From the NCBI RefSeq assembly GCF_030144855.1, contig NC_082722.1:12152001-12216000 (forward strand): 64,000 bases of DNA. Direction: 5' to 3'. Origin of the DNA: Hypanus sabinus. Taxonomy: Eukaryota. This document shows, piece by piece, positions 1-10,816 of the stretch. How positions within the stretch are numbered: the stretch's first letter is position 1; every line of letters begins with the position of its first letter. The notes beneath the pieces are model-generated. The model saw only the letters and a list, made by a program, of their open reading frames with translations, made no database searches and was not told the DNA's origin. Both the position numbers and the translations under genes were made by a program.

Positions 1-860
1 GGGAGGGGAGCATCAGAGAGAGAGATGAAGAACAGATAAGGAGTGATTGTGAGAAGTACAAAGAGAGAACAAAGGGGGGATTAATAAATAAATAAGGAAT
101 AAGAAGGGGAAGAGTGGCATTAACGGAAGCTATGGAAATCAATGTTCATGCCATTAGGTTGGAGGCTACCCAGACCGAATATAAGGTGTTATTCCTCCAA
201 CCTGAGTGTGGCTTCATTTTGACAGTAGAGGAGGCCATGGATAGACATATCAGGATGGAAATGGGACGTGGAATTAAAATGTGTGGCCACTAGGAGATCC
301 CGATTTCTCTGGCGGACAGAGCATAGGCATTCAGCGAAACGGTCTCCCAGTCTGCGTCGGGTATCACCAATACATAAAATGCCGCACCGGAAGCATCGGA
401 CGCAGTATATCACACCAGCCAACTAATAGGTGAAGTGTCGCCTCACCTGGAAGGACTGTCTGGGGCCTTGAATGGTGATGAGGGAAGAAGTGTAAGATAC
501 GCCGTAATTCATCCTTGTAAGGGCAGGGGTAGCACTTGTTCCGCTTACAAGGATAACTGCCAGGAGGGAGATCGGTGGGAAGGGATGGTGTGACGAATGG
601 AGAATGGAGTCGCTTAGGGAGCGATCCCTGCGGGAAAGCAGAAGTGGTGGGGAGGGAAAGAAGTGTTTGGTGATGGGATCCCGTTGGAGGTGGCGGAAGT
701 TACAGAGAATTGTACGTTGGACTCGAAGGCTGGTGGGTGGTAGGTGAGGACAAGGGGAACCTATCCCGCGTGGCGTGGCGGGCGGATGGGGTGAGAGCAG
801 ATGTGCGTGAAATGGAAGAGATGTGTTTGAGAGCAGAGCTGATGGTGGAGGAAGGGAAAA
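1..860 (-). mobile_element. Penelope-like retroelement fragment (GIY-YIG endonuclease region and 3' end)
   Basis: ORF 189-422(-) GVIYCVRCFRCGILCIGDTRRRLGDRF...VATHFNS resembles the GIY-YIG domain of Penelope-like elements; degenerate; continues beyond window start. Confidence 0.8.
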
Positions 861-869
861 AACAAATCA

Positions 870-1070
870 AAAACAGCTAAACTCCAATCCCTACACCATG
901 TCTATATATCTCGATCTTCATTACATGCACGTGCCTATCCAAATATTTCTTAAAAGCATCCAACATAATTGCCTCTACCGGACAGCGCATTCCAATCATC
1001 CACCACGCTCTGATTAAAAAAAACTTGGCCCTCATATCGCCCTTCAACCTACCAGCTCTCAGCTTCATGC
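870..1070 (-). mobile_element. CR1 LINE 3' fragment (left half, split by the LTR element at 1071-3146)
   Basis: Minus-strand ORF 877-1107 contains AWWMIG..VEAIMLDAFKKYLDRH, typical CR1 ORF2 C-terminus; sequence resumes at ~3150. Confidence 0.75.
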
Positions 1071-3146
1071 TGTCATACGGTCGGCGTTGATGGCAAGACA
1101 CAGACACTGAAGTACTGGGAACTGTACTGGACTAGAGTTAAGGACGGGACTGGACACAGACTAGGAGCTGGGACAGGAACACAGATTTGGGATAGGACTT
1201 TGGCTAGAAAAGCGGGACCAGGACTGGAACTGGGAACTCGGAGACTGGGCTTGGACTCCGAGACAGAGACTGGACAAGAACCCAGAACCTGGGTCTTGAC
1301 TCGGGCTCGGACCCCGGAACTAGGCGAGGACAGGGTTCTTCGAGGCTCGGGTCGGTTAGGCCCTTGAGTACGGAGCCAGGACTCCTCCTTAGAGCACAGG
1401 GCCGGGATGCTTTCGCAGGGCCGGGCCCCTCCCTTGGACGCCGGGTTCGAATACTTACTAGGATGTGGGATGACTGCCGAGGTAAACCACCAAGGAAACT
1501 GTCAGGGATTCAGATGGAGAGGGGAAGGAAACAGGCCATCCTCAGGGTAGCATCAAGGACGGCCTGACTGAGCCAACGGAGGCGAGGATGGCAAGGGACA
1601 GGCCCAACAGCAGGGTAACGGCAAAGACGGCCTGACTTACCCCACGGAGGCAAGGACGGAAAGGGACAGGTGCAACAGCAGGGTAATGGCAAAGACGGCC
1701 TGAATTATCCCACGGAGGCTAGGACAGGAAGGGAGCTAAATCCGGGGTGGGGCCAAGTCTCGGAGCGGCCAGTAACCTTTGCTGCCCAAGAAACAGTCGA
1801 ATCCGTATCTAGCTTGGAGTGGCAGCTGGCCGTGGAAACTGCCGTATCCATACCACGATAACTGCTCCGACTAGAGACAACCAAGCTCCATGAAGTGGTG
1901 GACCTCCGACCAGGCCTAGAGATCATGAATGACTGCTCTAGCCTTCCACCAGCGGGTTGCTCCAAGAGGATACTGATGAGACAAACCAGCAGCTACACTC
2001 GACCCTAGGTCCACTTATATTCCCAGCCCCAAGACGAGAATCAGGTGCCTATGATTAAGCCCAACTGAACCAAGGGACAGCAGGAAGACCCGGAGTCTGG
2101 AGTCCATGGTCCAGACCACCCCTCACCCCCTCTGGGAGCCTGTGGTCGACCGACCAGGCTCTCCAGGACTAAGGACGACCCGAGCAGGATGATGAGAGTT
2201 AGACGACAGTGTCTGCGTTGCTTGGTCCATGCATGGCTGGTTCGTTAAGTCATGCTGTGGGTGTTGATGGAAGCCTCCAATGTAAGACACAGACACTGAA
2301 ATTCTGGGAACTGGACTAGACTAGAATTAAGGACGGGACTGGACACAGACTAAGAGCTGGGACAGGAACACAGACTTGGACTAGGACTTTGGCTAGAAAA
2401 GTGGGACTAGGACAAGGAACTAGGAGCCTGAGCTTGGACTCTAAGCCAGAGACCGGACAAGGACCCAGAACCTGCGCCTTGACTCGAGCTCGGACCCCAG
2501 AACTAGGTGAGAACAGGGTTCTTTGAGGCTCGGCTCGGTTAGGCCCTTGAGTATGGAGATGGGACTCCTTCTTAGAGCACAGGGTTGGGTCCCTTCCTTG
2601 GACGCTGGGCTGGGATGCTTACTAGGATGCGGGGCCAGGATGACTACTGTGGTAAACTGCTGAGGAAACTGTCAGGGATTCACATGGAAAGGGAAAGGGA
2701 ACAGCCCAGCTTCAGGGTAATGGCAAGGACGGCCGGACTTACCCCACGGAGGCTAGGACAGGAAGCGAGTTCAATCCGGTGTGGCTCCGAGTCTTGGGGC
2801 GGCCAGCACCCTTTGCTGGCCACGGAAACAGTCGAATCCATACCACGATGACTGCGCCGACTAGAGACAACCAGGTTCCATGAAGCGGTGGTCCTCCAAC
2901 CAAGCCTAAATTTCACTAATGGTTGCTCTAGCCTTCCACCGGCAGGTTGCTCCAAGAGGACACTGATGAGGCAAACCAGCAACCACACTCGACCCCAGGG
3001 CCACTTATATTCCCAGCCCCAAGACGGGAATCAGGTGCCTATGATTAAGCCCACCTGAAACAAGGGACAGCCGGACGATCTGGAGTCCAGAGTCCACGGA
3101 CCGGAACATGAATGGGAATGCGGATTTCATTGACTGGACCATGACA
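1071..3146 (-). mobile_element. Internally deleted Gypsy-type LTR element: two ~1 kb LTR-like direct repeats separated by ~110-130 bp
   Basis: Termini TGTCAT (1071) and ATGACA (3141-3146); repeats ~1071-2125 and ~2245-3146; TATA-like AATATAAG on the minus strand of each; purine tract before the second LTR on the minus strand. Confidence 0.7.
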
Positions 3147-3149
3147 CAG

Positions 3150-3420
3150 GAATGCCCTCTGGTATTAGACATTTCAACCCCTGGAAATCGATACTCTTTG
3201 TCCATGCCATCTATGTCTCTCATAGACTCATGAACATCTATTAGTTTTCTCCTCAGTATAAGGTGCTCCAGAGAAAGCATATCAAGTTTATCCAGCATCC
3301 CATGATTACACATGCCCTCTAAACCAGGCAGCGTCCTGGTAAACCTTTTCTGCACTCTTTCCAGTGCATCAACTTTTGCTATTGTGGGGCGACCTGTATG
3401 TAATACCCAGAAATGGCTCT
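3150..3420 (-). mobile_element. CR1 LINE fragment (right half of 870-1070)
   Basis: ORF 3005-3355(-) QKRFTRTLPGL...LDKLDMLSLEHLILRRKLIDV, CR1 ORF2 thumb region. Confidence 0.8.
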
Positions 3421-4051
3421 AACAGATTATATATATTTGTGACATAACATAGAACATACAGCCCAGCACAGGCCCTTCGGCCCTTCTCTGCCTATAAGCA
3501 CCACGACATCTGAATGTAACCCCTTCCCCTTGCGAATATACTGAAGCAGCTCCAATACATTATTGACCCCAGAACCCGGGAGTGAACACACTACCCTGGT
3601 GTCTCTTTTGTGGCCACAAAATGTACTAACTGTCGAGTGCCCGACAGCCACAGCAACTATCACTCAGAAGCAAACCTTCTATTTGAAATGCTGTAAGAAG
3701 CTTGTAGGTGGGAAATATTAACCAAAGGACTTGTCTGCTAAATCGTAAGATTTTTCTTGCAACAATTAAGATGTTTCTGATAACCATATGCTGATATTGC
3801 TAAGCACGTGTCCTTCGACATTGCTTCAAAATCATCATAAGTTAGTCAACGTTCTACCGATATTCTACCTCAGCCCGAGGCCGTTAAGGTCAAGTAGTTC
3901 TCAGGGATAATGAGACACAGTGAAGTTGAAAATGGGTCTTAGTCTTACAGGAATCTATAGAAAGATGGACGCCATCCTTGTACTGTATGTTCACTCAGGA
4001 CTTTGATATAGAGTGGAATTTGAAACGTAAGAAATGCACGAACCTTTAGAC

Positions 4052-5400
4052 CAGGATTTCTCAACCAGGGCTGCACAATTCAGTGATAGGTCGTGATTAA
4101 CAAAAAATCTGTGTTATTTGAACTTCACATGATGCGCGATGTGAGTGTTCGCAGTGATGGGCAGGGACCGAGCAGCCCTGTGGGCAATCTCAGGAGAGCT
4201 CTCACAGCTCAGTATGGTAGTGTGTGTTTATTTGGTTGAGCCCATTCTTAGTGTTTGATGCGAGATAGGGGACTCATTGATAATTGGTGAGCACAAAGGG
4301 AGGGACGTTAGGTTGATGAAAAGGGTGAAGTGCGTTCTCCGGAGCATTGGATTGACTCGCCCCACTTAGGCTGTGACGTGAGCCTTTTCTTCCCAAATTT
4401 ACTTCCCCAACTTCCATTTACGCACCACCGACTGCCTTAGGGAGCAAATAAACTCAGCTGGTGCAGTAGAAAGTTGGGAGAATATTCATTCCAAAGAAGG
4501 AAGTTTCACGCGCCAGGACTCAGCTGCTGGCCTGCCGCTTTCCCGGTTGTAAATGTTATTTAGTCGCAGAACTTATACCCAAAACTGTTAAAGTAACACA
4601 GTAGGTAAGAACCCAATAATATCAGCACGTTAAAGTTACGGTGGTTAAAATGTTAGGACAAGAAGCAGAATGAGAAATTGGAAAAGGTTTCACTCTCAAA
4701 GTACGATAAGTCGACGTATTAATGGCATGCCACAAGATACTTAAGTTCTTTTGTGTGATAGACTGAGAAAACAGTTTCTCCATTCAGATTGATGAGCCAA
4801 CAGATTTCAGCAATAGATGCCATGTTGTAGTATTTGTAAGATTTGTAAATCATGGTGAAATTCAAGAAAGTTTTATCATGTTGCAAAGAGCTATCCGAAA
4901 GAGTAAATATTAAGATATATTTAATGTTTTGTCTTCATGTCTAGAAACAAAAGGTCTATTATGGAGGAACTGTGTTGGCATCTGTACTGATGGTAACCCA
5001 TCAATGGTTGTTTCCATGGCTGAAAGACCCTTTCTCTAAATCTTCTGCTCAACCTGAGAACTTAACTTTGAGAGAAGAGGAAGAACCTTTTGAGCTACAG
5101 TCCGAGCATGCACTCAAGATGAGATTTATTAACCTGTCCCAGGACCAGTTCTGGATTTCTGTGAAGGAAGAGTATACTGGCATTCACAGGAAATCATAGG
5201 AATTTTGCTGCAGTTTTCAACTCTTTATATATGCCAGCAAGCGTGTCCTTGTTTAACAAGCATCAGAAGCAAGGATAGAGATAATTTCATTTCAGTTAAA
5301 GGTAAAATCTGTGTGCCCGTGTCGACCCAGAATTGAGTATCTGACCAGGAAAAAAAACAATAAACTTGATAATGTCACTTTCAAAGTCTTGTATAAAATA
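4052..5400 (+). mobile_element. hAT (Charlie/Buster-like) DNA transposon, internally deleted and degenerate
   Basis: TIR-like CAGGATTTCTCAACC at 4052 after CTTTAGAC; degenerate transposase pieces (FSIQIDE..DFSNRCHVVVFVRF; ELQSEHALKMRF..DQFWISVKEEY..IHRK, the hAT dimerisation region); right end not resolved. Confidence 0.75.
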
Positions 5401-6071
5401 GTACCTTAGGCTATATTGTTATTTATATTGCACTAACTCCGATCTTCACTGTCCACTGATTTTTAACTGGCAGTATTATAAAGAAATGCCAGCAATGACC
5501 TTTTAAACTTTAGGCATTAAATAAAACTACGTCATAATATTGGATCACGCAGTGGCATGGAGTCAAAATGGCAAATCCAGCCACGAACTGCCCCTCCTCA
5601 CAGGGAGGGGTCCTCCTTTTATACCCTGTAAAAAAAAACTGTCACGTGCCCTCTACTGGCGGGAAAATGACGTTACTCCACCATCACAAGACCACTACCT
5701 TAAGTCCAGTATAGCTTCAACACCTGTCACGTGTCACGGTTACGTAACTATATATATATTTATATATATCCAATATATGTGTTGCACTGTTCCGGGGACA
5801 CAAGATAACAAATGACTTGATATTATCAGTAATATTATACCTATCTCTAATGTCTGATTCTACAGTGGTAGAATCAAGCAGATCCATTTGGAATGTTCAA
5901 TGTTAATGTCTGTTCTAAAAGCCAGACACCCGAAAACAAACTTTATGTTACAGTGCTGATGGATGGCTCCATGAATATGGCACTGATTAAATTGTGTACA
6001 GGTTTCACTTCTTGAAAGCTGGTTCTTATTCCACTTCAGCTATAATTGCATTATCTATGATGTTATGACTT

Positions 6072-6133
6072 CAAAATGATCTCCAAGGGCCAAAATGATC
6101 TCTAAGGACCAAAATGATCTCTAAGGACCAAAA
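6072..6133. repeat. 19-bp tandem repeat, about 3 copies (CAAAATGATCTCTAAGGAC)
   Basis: Three adjacent copies; the paralogous site in unit B (~23892) has a single copy. Confidence 0.85.
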
Positions 6134-8224
6134 AGGAAATGAGTCTTGTTTTAAATTGCAATACATTGCTTATATCTGGAGTGCAACATTACACTGGATC
6201 AGATCTCACACGAACTTGTAGGCGATACCTTAAACAAATTTGAGAAGGATAATTCATAGGGTTACATAGGAGAAAACGGAGAGGATGAACTCGTAGGTAA
6301 TCTGTGAATTATCCTGTATGGTTGGTGAGTTGCCCTACACATGTCTCAACTCTTATCTGTGGCATATGAACCTGCACGAAAATCCCCACCCTCATACCCC
6401 GCTCCTCCCTATTTAATGCCCACACTACAAGGCTCCAATCTCTACAAAGGAACTTGACCAGTGTTTTTAGGGTTAACTGCTGATATGGAAGTCAGCTTAT
6501 TCCTGTAATGTGTGTGTTTCCTTTTTACCACAGGGAACTAGTCCTTACAATGGCCACACAAGCCGACTGGAGTTTGTCTTTCACAGCCAGTACTATAATC
6601 TACTGTACACTGCAACTTAAAATAGGATTTTGGATAGATTCAAAATTCCGTTTACTTTACTGGGAATGTTCAATAGTGTTAACTAGTAGGCTAGTGGGAA
6701 AGACTACTGACTTATTATTGTTCTTTCATTCGGCGTCACTCTGAACTGAAAGAAGCCACTGAACTGAATCCACAAAGCTATTCTGGATGAAATTCTGAAC
6801 GGTCTGTAACTCGGTTAGCTGCATTCATCAGTCTCCTGAGCCCTCAAACTACAAAGAATGATCCGTTTTTTTCCTGGAAAGGTTTAATTGCCCTCTGGGT
6901 GGAGAGAATTCCAGTTATACAGGGCTGTGTTGAAAGTTCCACCATGCGTTTACTCTTGATCTGCTAACTTTAACTAAGGATTCAGTCACCTCATTATTCA
7001 GCCTTTGAACAAAATGAAATTACTTTGCTGCTTCCACTCTTTTTAACATTTTGCACACATTTTTCAAATCTATCCTCGTGATTGCAGGGAGATATTCAAA
7101 TGCATCTAATCTTCAGAGATCTTCATAGGATGGAGATGGAGAGGATGTTCCTTCTTGTAGCAGAGTCTAGATGTAGGGCTCTGAGGAAACAGGGCTAAAC
7201 CTGCTAATTTTATTGACGATTATCTGGACTTTGAAAGCTCAAACTACTTCCTCAAATACACATTATGCTTACTTGTGCACACCGAGAGCAGCCTGGTCCC
7301 TATCGTCATATTGTTCTGAAGTTGGAACAAAGAAATGCAATTCTTCTTTGCAGATATTCACCATTTGGTAACATTGTGTATAATCAAATTGCTTATTAAC
7401 ATGATTAATCACCAACCACATTACGACAATACAATTATTGATAGACAATACAATCTCCAAGTTAAACGTCAATAACACTTCAACGTTAGTAAAAGGTGTT
7501 GTTGTGTACTTAATATTTAAGTAACGTTTAATTAATATTGTAAATATATTGTTTGATAGTGTACACTTTGTTGTTTACATAATGTATTATGGGTTAATGT
7601 AAAGTACGTGAATGCCTTATGTGATTGCAGCATCAGGTCATATGTGCACACCTCACTGAAGTAGAATGAAGTAGACACACTTATCCGCAGTTCCCGTGTA
7701 TTACTTTTAACTAGTTTCTCCAATTGCAAAATATAACAGGGGTGTTGAGGTAGTCTAAAAATGAAACAGAGAGGACTACTATCTGTTGAAACACAGCACG
7801 TGTTTCTCTTCGCAAGGGGAGAGAGACACTGGAGTTAAAACTAAGTGCACGCGTATTTCTTCATAAAGGGAGAGAGATGGTAGTGTTTAAAAGGCAGAAA
7901 ACGGATGAATTCACAGGTTCATAAACAGTGAGTGCCGGAAATAATTATAGTTAATAATAATAAAAAGCAAAATTGGCTGGCAACATCAGAAATATAAATG
8001 TGTTTGATTGCACAAGAAATAACTACGTAATGTATAATGAACGAAATGAGCATTGCAAGCAAATTAAATTGCTAACGAAAAGAAGTTGCCGGTTTTGCTG
8101 AGCATAATAAATGCAAAAGCATACAATTTGATGACAGGTTTGACAGCCAAATCAGCTGAAATGAAATTTGTTGATAAATTCTTGCATAAAGTCTTGCATA
8201 AACTTTTAGAAGGTCTTTTACAAG

Positions 8225-9230
8225 GCGCTGTTCATGAAGCAGCTTAAAAAGTTAAGATCATTACATAAAAGATACTGGCATGGATAGAAGATTGGCTGGC
8301 TGGCAGGAGCCACACTGTCAGAATACAGAGGGGCTTTTCTGGTTGGCCGCAGGCCATAGTGCTGTTCCCCAGAGTTCAGTGTTGGGAACGCTTCTTTCAA
8401 CTTATATCAACTCAATGATTTGGATGACAGAATTGATAGCTTTGTGATCCAGCTTATGGCTGATAAGAAGATAGGTGGAGGTGCCAGTAGTGTTGAGAAA
8501 GCAGGGAGTCTGCAGACAGACTTAGAGAGTATGGGAAAATGGACAAATTGGCAGATTGAATATACTGTGGGGCTCATACACTTTGGAAGAATGAATAAAA
8601 AGATATTGAGTATTTTCTAACCGGGAGATTAACTTGCAGGTTGAATCGATGGCAAAGATGGCAAATGTAATGTTAACATTCATTTCCAGAGTACTAAAAT
8701 ATAAGATCAGGTGCGTAATGCTGAGATTTTATTAGACATTGGTCAGATCGCACGGCGTACTATGAGCAGTTGTGGTCCTCTCATCTAAGAAACATTGAAG
8801 ATGGCCCAGAGTAAGTTTCAGGGAATGCCTCCAGAATAAAAATACCAACGAATGAAGAGCCTTTGATACCTTTGAGTATGTAGTAGTTGTAGTTTAGGAG
8901 AAGAACGAGGCACCTCATTGTAGTCTGTCGAATATCGAAAGGCTTGGATAGAGTTTATGTGGAGAGAATGTTCCTTACAGTGATTGGGACAAAGATAAGG
9001 GGGCGCAGTCTCATAATAGAGGGGCGTCTATTCAGAACACAAATACTGAAGAAACTATTTAACCAGAGCGGAATGAATCGATGGAACTTATAGCCAAGTC
9101 TTTGCGTATATTTGTAGCATAAGTTGATATGTTCTTAATTTGTTGAGATGTCAAAGGTTATGGAGCGAAGACAGAGTAGGGTTGAGGGGAATAATAGATC
9201 AGGCATGATGGATTTGCGAGTTGTCTCAAT
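8225..9230 (+). mobile_element. Old degenerate CR1 LINE fragment, shared with unit B (29760-31500)
   Basis: RT remnants (LDDRIDSFVIQLMADKKIGG..LQTDLE); present in both duplicate units, so it predates the duplication. Confidence 0.75.
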
Positions 9231-10627
9231 GAACCGAATGAAATAATTAAGCTCATATGTCTTACGATCTTGTAGTCTAATTTAGAGAACTGAATCTGTA
9301 TGCTGTCTATATGTAGCCTCCGGCCCTAGATAACGACGTACAGATTTTAGTTTTGAAATGTACTGAGCGTGTTAGCTGCAACTGGTCCGGTAACCTCACA
9401 TACAACGACTAAGTTCTTTTTTCCATGACCGTACAAGCCTTCTATCAATTCCTGTTGTGGTGGTCCAGATATCTTCAGAAAACATCTATAAAACACAGAT
9501 TGAAATGTAACCTTAAACAGAAGTTGTTGAACTGCAGAAGAGTACTGTCGGCCGGTGGTACTTCTGCCATCGTTCAACAGTAAAGTTGCTACCGTTCGCT
9601 GGCTCCACGTCAGATATTCAATTTCGCCTTTAAATCTTTATTTACCTGTATTGACAGAAACCATGCCCTAAATGGGCTTCAATTTTTAATGTTAACAATG
9701 CCCACATATAGCAGAACCCACAAAAGTGGTATCCCCCACCTCCCTGAGAGTGGATTTCAGATAACTTAATATCTCTGAAGTCTTTAAGCTTCCAGCAAGA
9801 AGAATGCTTCTCTTTATATGCAAACGTAACACCAACCATCACTTATCGATCGTAAAAATCTCCCTATATCGTTCTATGCCCTGAAAAATAGCAGAAAGAA
9901 CTCGATTCTCTGTAAATTTACACAAGTGTAATACATCACCTCCGGAACCGTTTATAAAATATTCACTTTTGAGTACCCTAAACTTAGACATCGGAGACTC
10001 ACATTCAAAAGTAGTGACCAAGTGTCGTGGAGATCAGAAATGTAATATCTTTCGTCTTTATAAAATATTGTTGTGTCACTAGAACTCCAAAGATCTTCCT
10101 AAAAAAACTACTTAACTTCAAATTAACTTTGCCATCGGTGGGCGCAACTTTCTGTGGCAATTTCTAAACCCAGTCCTGAACCTGAATTTCGTCCCATCCT
10201 ACTGAAACACTCGCCGTGATTTTCTGTTACCTCTGAGTTCCACTATTCAGATTAACTGTTTCTGCATTATGATTACTTTTGATTCTATAGTTTTGGTGCC
10301 GACTAGATTACTGAGATATGCAGCAAAAGTACATCCCAGATTTGAATTATGGCCGTTTTATATCTCTCTACGCAGCCTTATCTTTCCTTCTTCTGTAACA
10401 TCTTCCTTGGCATAGATATTTCGGAATACCCCAGTTTCATAGTTTTGTAGTTTCCCGAGTATAACTGATCGTGTCGGTTTCTCCCATTCTCTAAATACTC
10501 CAACTCTTCTAAAACCATTTCCTCATGTAATAATCTCATCGATGCTTCCTTTTCGTTCTGTTCTCCTGTGAAGTCCTTACGGTTCAGCGTTAATTGTACT
10601 TTGAATTTCTGTTGCTCTTCCAGTGAA

Positions 10628-10636
10628 CAGGAAGTG
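10628..10636 (+). promoter_or_regulatory. ETS/PU.1-type motif CAGGAAGTG, ~130 bp upstream of the gene A ATG
   Basis: Matches the ETS consensus and is conserved in gene B (34350-34358); function inferred only. Confidence 0.45.
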
Positions 10637-10761
10637 TAAACCTGCGCACGCAAGAAGAAAACCAAATGTCATTGCTTCGCCCCTCAATGTAAAACAGAGC
10701 AGTCATTACTTTCATTAATCAAGGAAGCGGAGCATCAGTTGATTGCTTTGCTCAGAATATT

Positions 10762-10816
10762 ATGACTGCAGTGTTTCTGCTCTTGTTTCTGACTCTCTCA
10801 AGGATCACTTGCTCAG
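10762..10816 (+). CDS. Gene A exon 1, signal peptide MTAVFLLLFLTLSRITCS
   Basis: ATG 10762, hydrophobic core, phase-1 donor CAG|GTATTT. Confidence 0.85.

Noticed and set aside
1500-1760. Regularly spaced ~60-nt repeats resembling an array
   Set aside because: Internal tandem repeats of the LTR, without unique spacers; eukaryotic context, not CRISPR
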